From positions 217,808,001 to 217,872,000 of the forward strand of contig NC_086097.1 in NCBI RefSeq assembly GCF_963921235.1: a stretch of 64,000 nucleotides of DNA, read 5' to 3'. Made by a program: the position numbers and the translations under genes. Positions within the stretch are counted from its first letter, which is position 1. Each line of letters begins with the position of its first letter. Below, one piece after another: positions 26,495 through 38,135 of this stretch. Origin of the DNA: Mobula hypostoma (Eukaryota). Under the pieces are notes generated by a model. The model was given only the letters and a program-made list of their open reading frames with translations, was not told the DNA's origin and ran no database searches.

Positions 26495-28591
26495 TCTATA
26501 TACTACTAAAACTCTCATGCTCTGTCTGTCTGTTTGTGACCTCCAATTAGCGCAAACGGTGCATTACAGTGGCACTTTGTTTGGCTAAATCAAATTAAAA
26601 TGCGCTAACTTACAGAATGCAGGCAAAGTTCAGGGTTATATATTTGTATAAAATTGCTCATTCGCCAAAATAAACAGGCTCCCTTTTAACCCGAGACCTG
26701 ATCAGCCATCACGGAAATGGGGACGTGACAGCCCGACGCATGCGCACGGCCAGTCTCAGCAGCGACACCAACCTGAGCAAAAGGGCAGGGCAGCTCTATT
26801 TCGAGGGGTCCACATTCTGCTAATCACCATCAGCATGTGCAGGATTAGGACAGATCTAGTTACCATCCATCAATAAGAGATAATTAAATCTTATTGTAAT
26901 GACGTCCTTCGAGACACCCATAAAACCCTTTGCAGCAGTCAAAGGACAGTGGTGACTATATCACGTCCATTTAGGACAGCGCCAACCACATCATCAAGAA
27001 TAATCAGCATCCTTTGGTGTTACTGCTTCGTATCTTCTATCCAGCATTAGGGTAAAAAAAATAGTCAGCCTAATTATGCCACGTGGAAAGGGAACGAGGA
27101 CATTATGGTCAAGAGATGATGCCAAAGGTTGTCAGGAAGCAGCAAGGAGAGGGAGAGAACAAGAATCAGATGAGGCTAGGGCCACACGACTCCAGGACAA
27201 AAAAAGGATGAGAGAAGAAGAGACAGAGAAGGAGAGGCATGCACGTCTCCAGGATCAGAGACAACGACAAACAGCAGAAAACATGAAGAGATGGGGGATG
27301 AAAGGGCTGCATGTCTCCAGAATGACAACGAGAGGCACAAGGGTGGCAGAGCAACACTCACAACATGCTGGGGGAACTCAGCAGGTCGGGCAGCAGCCAT
27401 GGAAATGATCAGTCACCGTTTTGGGCTGGAACCCTTCATCAGGACTGAAGAGGGAGGAGGCAGAGGCCCTATAAAGGAGGTGGGGGGAGGGTGGGAAGGA
27501 GAAGGCTGGTAGGTGCCAGGTGAAAAACCAGTAAGGTGAAAGATAAAGGGGTGGGGAGGGGAAGCAGGGAGGTCATAGGCAGCTGGGGGAAGGGGCAGAG
27601 TGAAAGAGGGATGGGGGAAGGGAGGGGGAGGGAATTACCAGAAGTTAGAGAATTCAATGTTCATGTCCAGGGGCTGGAGACTACCCAGACGGTATATGAG
27701 GTGTTGCTCCTCCAACCTGAGTTTAGCCTCATCCTGGCAGTAGAGGAGGCCATATATGGACATATCTAAATGGGAATGTGAAGCGGCGTTGAAGTGGGTG
27801 GCAACCGGGAGGTCCTGTCTGTTGTGGCGGGCGGAGCAGAGGTGCTCGATGAAGCAGTCCCCCAACCTGCGTCGGGATGTAGAGAAGGCAGCACCGGGAG
27901 CACCAGATGCAATAGATGACCCCAACAGACTCACAAGTGAAGTGTTGCCTCACCTGGAAGGACTGTTTGGGGCCCTGAATGGTGGCAAGAGAAGAGGTGT
28001 AGGGACAGGTGTAGCACTTACGCTTACAGGGATAAGTGCCAGGTGGGAGAGCTGTGGGGAGGGACGTGTGGACCAGGGAGTCACGGAGGGAACAATCCCT
28101 GCGTAAAATGGAGAAGGATGGAGAGGGAAAGATGTGCTTAGTGGTGGGGTCCTGTTGAAGGTGGCGGAAGTTGTGGAGGATAATGTGCTGTATCCGGAGG
28201 CTGGTGGGGTGGTAGGTGAGGACAAGGGGAACTCTGTCCCTGTTGTGGTGACAGGAGGATGGGGTGAGGGCTGAAGTGTGGGAAATGGAGGAGATACGGG
28301 TGAGGCATCATTGATGACGACAGAAGGGAAACCATGATCCTTAAAGAAAGAGAACATTTGAGATGTCCTGGATGGCAGATAAGCCAGAAATGATGCCATC
28401 ATTAAACGAGGAGCAGGTATACTTGCTTTGCTATGCGTCATTCTTCTTTAATAAACTGAGGCTTACTACTTCACTTTCCAAAGCAAAGCGATACCAATAG
28501 CATTCAGGAAAATTTAATGTTCATTCTGGTCACATCAGACTGCACCACCCTTCTCTCCAAGGGTGCCCCAATGGGTCACCCTATTATCTAG
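26495..28591 (+). mobile_element. Non-autonomous Helitron
   Basis: a|TCTATATACTACTAAAA 5' end followed by tctg repeats; 3' hairpin gggtgcccc-aat-gggtcaccc, then CTAG|t; no TSD, A|T target; internal ORF 27076.. with E(T/S)xxERxxRLQ repeats. Confidence 0.85.
27351..28372 (-). mobile_element. Penelope-like element (RT C-terminus, GIY-YIG endonuclease, hammerhead-bearing terminus) nested in the Helitron
   Basis: HFTCESVGVIYCIWCSRCCLLYI...RRLGDCFIEHL...VATHFN...LEEQHLIYRLGSLQP; apparent TSD tggcaga at 27344-27350 / 28373-28379. Confidence 0.88.
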
Positions 28592-29038
28592 TCTTACCTA
28601 ATTCTAGCATACAAGAATCATTCAAGCAAACTTATATTCAAGCCCTCTGAGAACAATACATCCTCTGATATATTGTACCCAGAACTGAAACAAAACTCTA
28701 GCCATACAATAGCTAAGAATTTGGATAACTACATCATAATATAATTCCTTTGCACTTTAGTCAACTAGTAATAAAAGCCAGTTTTCTATTTGTTTTTTCA
28801 ATGTTTCTTTGTATCTGCCTGGGACATTTTAATTTGCTTTACACGCGTACTGCTAAACAACTTTTGATCTCTAATGCTTCATGTTTTTCAAGTTCCCTAA
28901 TCTATTTTATGTCTCCAGTGAGGAAAGAGAGCAATGAGTGAAAACTGCTAATGAAATTAACTTGCAAGTCAGTTTTATATACTTCTGGCTTCAGCATTAA
29001 TGTATCCTAAGAGCTATTAATTTTACATTACGAAGCTA

Positions 29039-29257
<219 letters not shown>

Positions 29258-29619
29258 CTATTTCACTGTAGGCTTGTGTTTGAGCTCTTGGTTATTAGAA
29301 AAAGTGATCAAATTCCATCCTGTGGATGTAATTAAAGAGACAATTATTCTGTAATGTGAACACTTCATTTGAACATAGTAAACAAATGGTAGAATTAGAA
29401 ACACTATTTGATGGAGTCATCAGGGAAAACTGTATTACTTCCCGGTTACTTTCCACTTACACTGTTCCAGTAATCTTCCAGAATAAAGCCCACTCAAATA
29501 TGGCAGCTTGTTAACTGATGTTTCATCAGGTCGATACAGGTTCTTTAGCCATCTTCTCTATTAGCAGATACAAACACTTCAGAGGAAGGAACATTTTGCA
29601 GACACATAAAAATATATTG

Positions 29620-30060
29620 AACAAAATCAAGGGAACTAAAAGCAGAAAAATCTCCTGAGCCAAGAAGCGTCTATCTCAGACTGGCTGCAAAGACATAATA
29701 GTGATGATCTAACAAAATTCCATAATTTCTGCAACAATTCCAGCAAGTTGGAAAAAAGCAGCTACAACATTGATATGCAAGAGGGAGAGAGAAAAATAAA
29801 GGAGCTACAGGCCAGTAGTCTGACATCAGTAGCTAAAAAAGTGCCCTGATTCACCATTAGGAATATAGAAATACAGGATGAAGAAAAATCATATAATGAC
29901 ACATGGTGAACATGGCTTCATGAAGGGAAAAATCATGTTTGAAAATCCAAGACAGTTTTGAAGATGAACTGTGTAGTGGTACATCTGGATTTTCAAAAAG
30001 CATTTGACAAGCACTACAAAAAAAATATATATACACCGATAAATATTCAAGGGTAAAACA
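29620..30060 (+). mobile_element. Old CR1 RT fragment
   Basis: KSP..., NYRPV-like, HGFMKGKSC, YLDFQKAFD motifs, heavily decayed. Confidence 0.65.
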
Positions 30061-30737
30061 TTGAAACATAATTGATTAAAATTAGATACTCATTGTGTGC
30101 CTGTAGTTCAAGTCTTAGAGATCGATGAAAGGAAGCATCTCAATATTGTCTGCAAGTAAATAACAGAATCAAAAATTGATGGTCCTGATGCAATAATCAA
30201 GTGAATAGCAGGCCATGCCTTGCCATGCAGAGTACTGAGAAAGGAGTGTGTATGTCAGAGGCTGGGAGCTGGGCTAGGAAATGTGCTCTACTGTAATCAT
30301 TCTGTTTTGGTTCACCATTCTAACATTAATCGAATCAGTCATCAAGCTGACAAGTAGATGAGAAAATAAATTCTCGCGTACAAAGATCAAAGTGGAAGTA
30401 GAAAGGTTAGATACTGTACAGAGCATCAATTCTTATTACATTAAGTACAGGATCAATGCAGCTTCTTAAGCCACATGATCTATTTAAGTTCTATCTTTAT
30501 TCAACAGCTTGAAGGGCAGTTTTAGGAAGCCACTGAGAGTGTATGTTCCAATTTATACTGTATTTGCTACCCAGAGTAAGACTTCTAGCAAAGCAAATTA
30601 GTATCACAGAATCATCACAGTATAAGGCAAAGCCATCAAATCCATGCTGGTGCATTATAGTCTATTCATTCCCACACCTTTGCTCTTTTCCTACACACTT
30701 GCAAATTATTTGCAACTCAATTTTCTATCCTGATTGA

Positions 30738-31510
30738 TTCAAAGTTCAAAAGTTCAAAGTAAAATGTATTATCAAAGTACATACATGTCACCACATACAA
30801 CCCTGAGATTCTTTTTCCTGTGGGCATTTTTAGCAAATCTATAGAACAGTAATTGTAAACAGGATCAATGACAGAGCAAGACCATAGAAGACAACAAACT
30901 GTGCAAATGCAAATATAAATAAATAGCAATAAATAATGAGAGCATGACATAAAAAGATAAAGATAACTTAAAGTGAGATAATTGGTTATGGGAACATCTC
31001 AACAGATGAGTGCATTTATCTTCTTTTGTTCAAAAGCCTGATGGTTGAGGTATAGTAACTGTTCTTGAACTGGTGGTGACAGTCCTGAGGAAGCAGTGAG
31101 AAAAGAGCATGGCCTGGGTGGTGAGGACCTTTGATGATGGATGTTGCTTTTCTACAAACGCATTTTATAAAGATGTGCTCATTGGTTGGGAGGGCTTTAC
31201 CCATGATGTAGGATTGCAAGTATTAAATTAATTTTCAGTACTGTATTAAATTTCATCTGTCATTACCCTGCTCAATCTGATGCCCTATGTCATCTTGCAA
31301 GCTTTTGTAGAATTTTCCATTCAAAGGCATTGGTGTTTCCAGACGAGGCTGTAATGCAGTCAGTCAATACATTTTCCACTAAATGTCTACAGAAGTCCAT
31401 CAAGGTTTTTGATGACATGCCGAATCTCCACAGACTCCTGAGGAAGTAGAGGCGCTGTCATGCTTTCTTTGCAATTATATTTATATGATGTTCCAAGACA
31501 GGTCCTCAAG
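30738..31510 (-). mobile_element. Rex1/Babar-type LINE 3' fragment
   Basis: ttcaaagttcaaaagttcaaag tail; ORF 31016..31219 ALPTNEHIF..CRKATSIIK.PHHPGHALF. Confidence 0.7.
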
Positions 31511-32350
31511 ATTCAAGTTCTATTGCATTTACAATTAGTAAGTTCCAGACTATTATCACAACTTGGATAAACATATTTTTCTACACCCTTACTGTATTGA
31601 TTTACTTTATATAAACCAGACATAACCTTGTATACATGTCAAATGTCCTCTCAAATCACTAGTCCAAATATAACCTTTAACTGAAATCCCTCATCCTGGA
31701 AATATTCTGGTAAACTGTTTTTGCACCATCCCTTGGACCTAAACATCTTTCCCAAAGTCTGGTGGCCAGAACTATGTGTAATGCTTCAGTGACCTGACCA
31801 GCACTTTATAATGATTCAATATATTGCAATCTCGCTGCATTTTTACTCTATGTCTCTATTAGTGAAACTCAGGTTCCCATATGTTTTAATAACTGCTCTA
31901 TGTTCCCATGTGCTCTTTGTGTGTACTGCCAAAATAAATCAATTGCAAAATTTAGTATTAAATTTCGTCTGTCATTACTCTGCTCAATTTGCTGCCCTAT
32001 GTCATCTCGCAATCTATTATTATTCCCATTGCTGTTTACCACACTTTCAAGTTTGTTACTACGGTATTTACAAATCTTCAGTTTACCACACACACACATA
32101 TCCAAGCCATTAATCTATACCAAAATAGCAATGGTCCTAGTGCTGGGAAATATCACTATTATCCTTCAATATGAAAAATAAATGTTTATAATAATTCTCT
32201 GCTTTTGTCCATTCTCTCACTGGCCCCTTTATTTCACCAGTTTCAATTCTACTGATAAGCATTTTTATGGGATTCCCATGCTTGCTTTCTTCTTTGTTAA
32301 CACATTTATTTTTGTTGTCCCTGAAAATGTCCTTAGAACTGCGACTGAAC

Positions 32351-33209
32351 TGTTACGTACCCCGTAACTGGGTTGCCAAACCAGCATAAATGGATCACTC
32401 AGTTGGAGTCTGGATTACTAGAACTAAGAAAGTTTTATTAAAGAAACGAGCAACACAGTACTCTAATCAAAAGGATAATGAATGCAACAGTTCAGCAATG
32501 ATAAACATACATGTACACAGAATTAAGATAACAGGATCAATCAAGCTCTATCGTTGTCTAGGGGTAAATGATCAGTTTCAAAGTGACGCAAAGTTCAGTT
32601 CAGTTCGCAGTAATCGCTGCCGTGGCGATGGACAGTGGGGGGGGAAGGAGAGGGAGAGCAAAACGAATGAATATTCAAGGCTTCCACACAGACCTTCGCA
32701 GTCAGCTTTCAGGCGAGCCCTTTGTGATGTCATCTGAGGTCACCGACCGTGACCACTCCGTTTCCAGATACGATCGTTTCCCTGCGGCGAACCCGGCACC
32801 CAGGCAAGGGTGGACACACACCAGGTTCCCACCGATTGTGCCTTTCCACCCTGTGCGTCTATGGCTTGATCCCGCGACCACCCGTCCAAAAGCTTCCCAC
32901 CGACTTGTGAGAGGCGCACCGCTTCCAGGGTCTCGTTACCTCGGGTGTCGTGTGTGTCCTGCTTTAGCGAACCTGTCCCCTTTTATCCCCCTGCTGGGGT
33001 ATCACCTGTCCACCACTTCAAACAGTTCAGGGTTCAAAGGGGGAGCCGATCTTGACAGCTCTCCTTCCCCTTCATTACACATCTCCAAATGCTGCTCCAT
33101 TATTTTCCTTATCTCTCTCTCACCTGAAGACAGGTGGCAGACCAACTGCTGATCCCACTGGTGCCAGCCCAGGACAGCTACATCTTAATCTATGTGTATC
33201 CTTGTCACA
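32351..33209 (-). mobile_element. Solo LTR (859 bp; Gypsy or ERV type)
   Basis: TGT...ACA termini, exact 4-bp TSD gaac (32347-32350 / 33210-33213); minus-strand GATAAAAGGGG TATA-like box (about 32986) and AATAAA (32439..32434); CpG-rich. Confidence 0.85.
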
Positions 33210-33489
33210 GAACTAACTGACTGGTTTGAAGTTGCCAGGCATGTTCCTCACTTTACTTCGTAGGACAGCCTCAACAGTGGCGGGGGGTGGGGAGGATCTA
33301 GTTGTATATGGTGCAGGAGGTGAAGCAGATCAAACAGGTTCAATTCCTTTATTTTTAATTTCTTAATGTGAGCTATGTCTAATAATAAAGTATATCTTAC
33401 TAACCACTTATCAGCATATACAACAGAATTGGTTGCCATCATTTTGGGCTTACTGCAGGTGGAGGAAATCTGTCCTTGCAAAGCTGTGA

Positions 33490-34285
33490 TTTATTCAGAT
33501 TCCTTTTCTGATTAGATGAGTCTTAAAACAGGTCGTTTTAGCAGTAGGTCAGATTTACTGTTGGAAACTCATTAAACTTCATCTCATATTCAAAGTATTG
33601 GTTTACATGTCTTTTTCTTATAGGTCCCTGCACATAGAGGTGTTGAGGGGAATGAGCAGGTTGATTGTTTAGCTAAAAAAGCTGTTAAAAATTCAACAAC
33701 AGATATAGACCTTCTCAGCAAAGCTGGAGCTGAAGGGTTGGTAGGATTAAGAATTGGGGGTTATAGCAAGACTTATGGGAAAATGGGCAGAAGAGGAGAC
33801 ACTTTACAGAATACATAAAACTGTTGCGATTATGGTAGAAGGGGGTAAAACAAGGAGGGAAGGAATTATATTGACCCGACCTAGAATTGGGCATACTATG
33901 CTTAATTATTCCTCAAAACTTGTTGGAAAACATCAATCTGAGTTGTGTAGGTTTTGTCATCGCTATGAAATAATTGAACATATACTATTACAGAGTGAAG
34001 TATATAAGGTTGAAAGAAATCAAATGCAGGCTTCATTGCAATCTTTGGGGTTGATAGTTTTCATTTAAAAACTTTATTAAGTTATGGGAGTGACTTTTAT
34101 TTAATTCACGGTATTTTCTTTCACTACTTACAATCTAGGCTTTTTGGGGTAACTTAGCTTTCATTTGAAAAGGAAGTAGTAAGGGTCTCCCCATTTCTCC
34201 ACCCCCCCCCCAAATTCTCTACACCACACTCCAGTCCAGTTGATGGTGGACTGCCTATCGCCATTAAAAGTCAAAAGAAGAAGAG
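33490..34285 (+). mobile_element. I/Nimb-clade LINE 3' fragment with RNase H and CCHC remnant
   Basis: VPAHRGVEGNEQVDCLAKKA (RNase H C-terminus), LTRPRIGH..LN, CRFC...E.IEHILL; (gaa)n tail. Confidence 0.75.
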
Positions 34286-34289
34286 CTAT

Positions 34290-36075
34290 GACTATCACTC
34301 AAGCCTATAAGAAAGCAACATCCTTCATCAAAGGCCCCCACCATCCAGGCCATGCCCTCTTCTTGCTACTACTATTGGGCTGGAGGTAGAAAAACCTTTG
34401 GTTCTCCACCACCAGGTTCAGGAACAATTATTACCCTACAATCATCATCTTCTGAAGCTGTGTCGATAATTTCATTCACCACCACTCTGAAGTAATTCTA
34501 TAACCTACAGACTCACTTTCAAGGACTCTTTACAATTTATGTTCTCTGTATTATTTTTGGTTGCATAGTTTGTCCTCTTCTGCACATTGGTTGCTTGTCA
34601 GTCTTTGTTTACGTAGGTTTTGCAAAATTCTATTGTACTTCTTTATTCTTGTAAATGCCTGCAAGAAAATGGATCTCAAGGTAACATACACACAGTTGTC
34701 ATTTTATCAGAGATATCTTGTGAGGAATGAATGACTTGTCATATGACAAGTAACTGATGGCTCTGAGCCAGTATTCACTAGACTTCAGAAGAATGATGAA
34801 TAACCTCATTGAAACGTATTGAACGGTGAAAGGCCTTGACAGGGTGGATGTGGTGAGGATGTTTCCTATGGTGGGAAAGTCTAAGACCAGAGGACACAGC
34901 CTCAGAATAGAGGGATGTCCTTTTAGAACAGAGATGAGGAAGAATTTCTTTAACCAGAATGTGGAGAATCTGTGGAATTCTTTGCCACAGGCAGTTATGG
35001 AGACCAAATTTTTATGTATATTTAAGGCAGAGGTTGATAGATTCTTGACTAGTCAGGGTATGAAGGGATACGGGGATAAGGCAGGAAACTGGGATTGAGA
35101 GAAAAATCGGATCAGCCATAATAAAGTACAGTGTTCAGATCTCGTCATCTCACTACAAGAAAGATGTGGATACTATACAGAGAGTGCAGATATTTACAAG
35201 GATTTTCCTGGATCGGAGAGCATGCCTTATGAGAATAGGTTGAGTGAACTTGGCCTTTTCTCCTTGAAACGACAGAGGATGAGAGGTGACTTGATAGAAG
35301 TCCATAAGATGATGAGAGGCACTAATCATGTAGATATTCAGAGACTTTTTCCCAGGACTGAAATGGCTAACACGAGGAGGCATAGTTTTAAGGTGCTTGG
35401 AAGTAGGTACAAGGGGTATGTCAAAGGTAGGTTTTTCCACACAGAGAGTGGTGGATGCGTGGAATGCACTGGTAGAGGCGGATACAATAGAGTCTTTTAA
35501 GAGACTCTTCGATAGGTACATGGAGTTTAGGAAAACAGAGCGCTATATGGTAGGGTAATTCTAGGCAGTTTCTAGAGTAGGTTACATGGTTGGCACAACA
35601 TTGTGGGCTGAAGGGCCAGTAATATGCTGTAGATTTTTATGTTTCTATGATAAGCAAGTGAGCAAGAGGCTGAGTATAATATGAGAAGCAGGGGTTGTAC
35701 ACATTGATTGGAAGAATGATTTCACGAGAGGTCGCAGAGGGCATTAGACTCAATCAGCTCCATCATGGGCACAACTCTCCCCATCACTGAGGACATTTTC
35801 AAGCGGTAGTACTACAAGAACCATTAAGAACCCCCACTATCAGGAACGTCCCTTCTTGTTACTACTGGGAGGTACAGGAATTTGAAAATCCATATCCAAT
35901 TTAGGAACAGCATCTTCCCCTCTACCATCTGATTTCTGAATGGTTCGTGAACCCACAAGCACTACCTCGTCATTCCTTTATTTTTGCACTATTTATTTAA
36001 GTTTACATCTGCATAGTACTGCTGCAGCAAGCAAATTTCACATCATGTGCCAGTGATAATAAATCAAACTCTGAT
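34290..36075 (+). mobile_element. Cluster of 5'-truncated LINE ends: Rex1-type (34290-34695), CR1 (34720-35125), CR1 (35130-35650), Rex1-type (35740-36075)
   Basis: ORFs 34826..35098 and 35222..35500 are CR1 C-termini; flanking pieces match the 7500 family. Confidence 0.8.
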
Positions 36076-36799
36076 TTATTTCGGATTTCTAGCATCAGCA
36101 AGAGTTTATCTAATTTTGACTTTCTGAGAAAAGCTGAGCTCATGTAGTATGTATAACTGCAGATATTACTTTTTAAAACACAGAGTTTATGGCAACTTCC
36201 TTTTAAAAACGTTCAAAGATTGGTGCAACCATTGATATGAATAGAAAATCTTTGGAATCCTCTACCTTTTGGCTTTAACAGCTTAGTTGTCACCCATACA
36301 CAAAGTTGCAATAATCAATTTTTGGATACTGAGGGCATCAGAGGAAATTAGAACTGATAAAGGAACATGAACGACATATAAGATCAATCAGTAATGGCTG
36401 CTGGGGGCGTCTTTTGATTCAATCTCGCTTAGCCTCCCATTCAACATTATATTCTGCTGCAGGGTTGTTGCTGAGATCAAGAGGGGAGGAATATTCTCTC
36501 TTCTCCTAAGGCAATACATTAACAGAGCATGTTTACACACTCATATTTGGAAATAAATACCGGATAAACTCAATTGGGAAGACTATCATGCCAACGTCTG
36601 TAGAGTTAGGAAGTTTTGTTTCTTACAGAATTGGCTGGAAGAGTATAACAAATCTTAGTTCTTCCAGAACGTTCTCATGTAACCTCCGCGGTCAGCATGA
36701 CCAGTTGGATCGAAAGGCCTCTTTTCGTGCTGTATTGCTTTATGGCTCCATGAAACGTTCCACAAAGCTATTGGACACACACATCCCCAACACCCAATG

Positions 36800-37450
36800 G
36801 ATCACAGGCCCCTTACAAAAGCACAAAAAGATCCGCGGACTTGAAGCTGTCGTTCACCTCGCGAAGTCTTAATTGGAACTGAGTAGTACCACTCCACTTA
36901 TGGAGGGCCCTGACCTACCACGTGAAGGAGCAGCGGCGTCGCTGCCTTAATCCGTGTATTTCATGTGGTAAATAGATTTGTTTAGCGGATTGAAGAGTTT
37001 TCCTGAAGTCAGCTCAAGTACAGTATCCACATATTTCGTAGGGGTCACAAGCGGTTCACTGTTCATTGGCTGAACTCAGGGAGCCAACGTGTTACCAGCT
37101 CTGAGAGAACGGGCAGAGCACTACCGGAGCATATGAACCAGCTGAGAGAACAGCTCAAAAATTTCACAGGAGGACCAGAGGAACGCTTTAAACAAAACAA
37201 AGGTGAGGGCTTGCCTTCGCCAATGATATGGTTCTCCGGGCTGCCTGAAGTCCTCAGTCGCAGGGCCACGGCTGCCACCGGCGCTAACCGTTTCGGAAGC
37301 TCACGGCCGACGCTACAGCGGTTGCTATGGGAGGCGGTTGCGTGCCTTCCTTTGGTTGTCCCGGAAAAAGTAAACGTGGCTCACATCGTTCCGCCCCGCA
37401 TGTTGCGATTGAGCTGCAGGGCAGTAATGTAGACCCATGTGTGACAATTC
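36800..37450 (-). promoter_or_regulatory. CpG-rich putative promoter / non-coding first exon of PPP1R42
   Basis: Non-repeat GC/CpG-rich patch in an otherwise CpG-poor window, upstream of an exon that begins with a splice acceptor; RFX-like GTTGCTATGG (37321), CGGAA ETS cores, CACGTG (36919); candidate minus-strand donors gtaggt (36918) and gtgagc (37304). Confidence 0.6.
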
Positions 37451-38135
37451 TTGATGGTAATATTAACCCAAGCCTTTTTCTTGGGAACGTGAATAGATTT
37501 CAGAAAGTTAATCATTATCTTTGTCCCCACCAAGCGCCATTCATCCAGGTCTCTGTAGGCAAAAACGCCCTTAATGGCTCAAGAGCAGCCCCAGAATGGG
37601 ATTAATCAATAATCGGGGTGACTAAAAAGATTAATTTTAAGAGAAAAAATAGGGTAGAGAAAGCAAGGGTATTTGAGGATCGAAATGAATGCTATTTATT
37701 CCAGTGTTGTGAATATTCTGAGAAATTACACAGTTACATTAAGTTTTAGAATCACTTTGTAGCTACATTTCAGGGTTTTTTTTAATATCTGGAGTCTTAA
37801 ATACTAGTAATCATTATTAAGGTTGTCAGGATCAAAATCAGTTTTTTTATAACTGGCGTATTTTGCGGCAGCAATACAGTACAAGGCATGCACATATTTT
37901 ACAATTAATTTTCCCCTGCTTAAGTATTGTACAAAAAGAAAATAGAAAGCCTTATCAGAATTTAAAAACTGGGGTATTATCAGAGTGAGAGTCAGTTAGG
38001 TAAGAAGACGTGAGAAGGTTGCGTGAATACAAGAGAGGTGGAATATGGGCATTAAGTATGAGCATAATTTTATAAGGTGATACAAGTTGGAAAGCTGGTC
38101 AGGAGAATATCCAAATATTCAAGTCCAGGAATATA

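Noticed and set aside
32568..33152. 194-aa ORF as a novel gene
   Set aside because: Lies wholly within the solo LTR on its antisense strand; GC-rich chance ORF with no recognisable motif
37063..37605. ORFs in the CpG-rich patch
   Set aside because: No recognisable protein; expected in GC-rich promoter DNA
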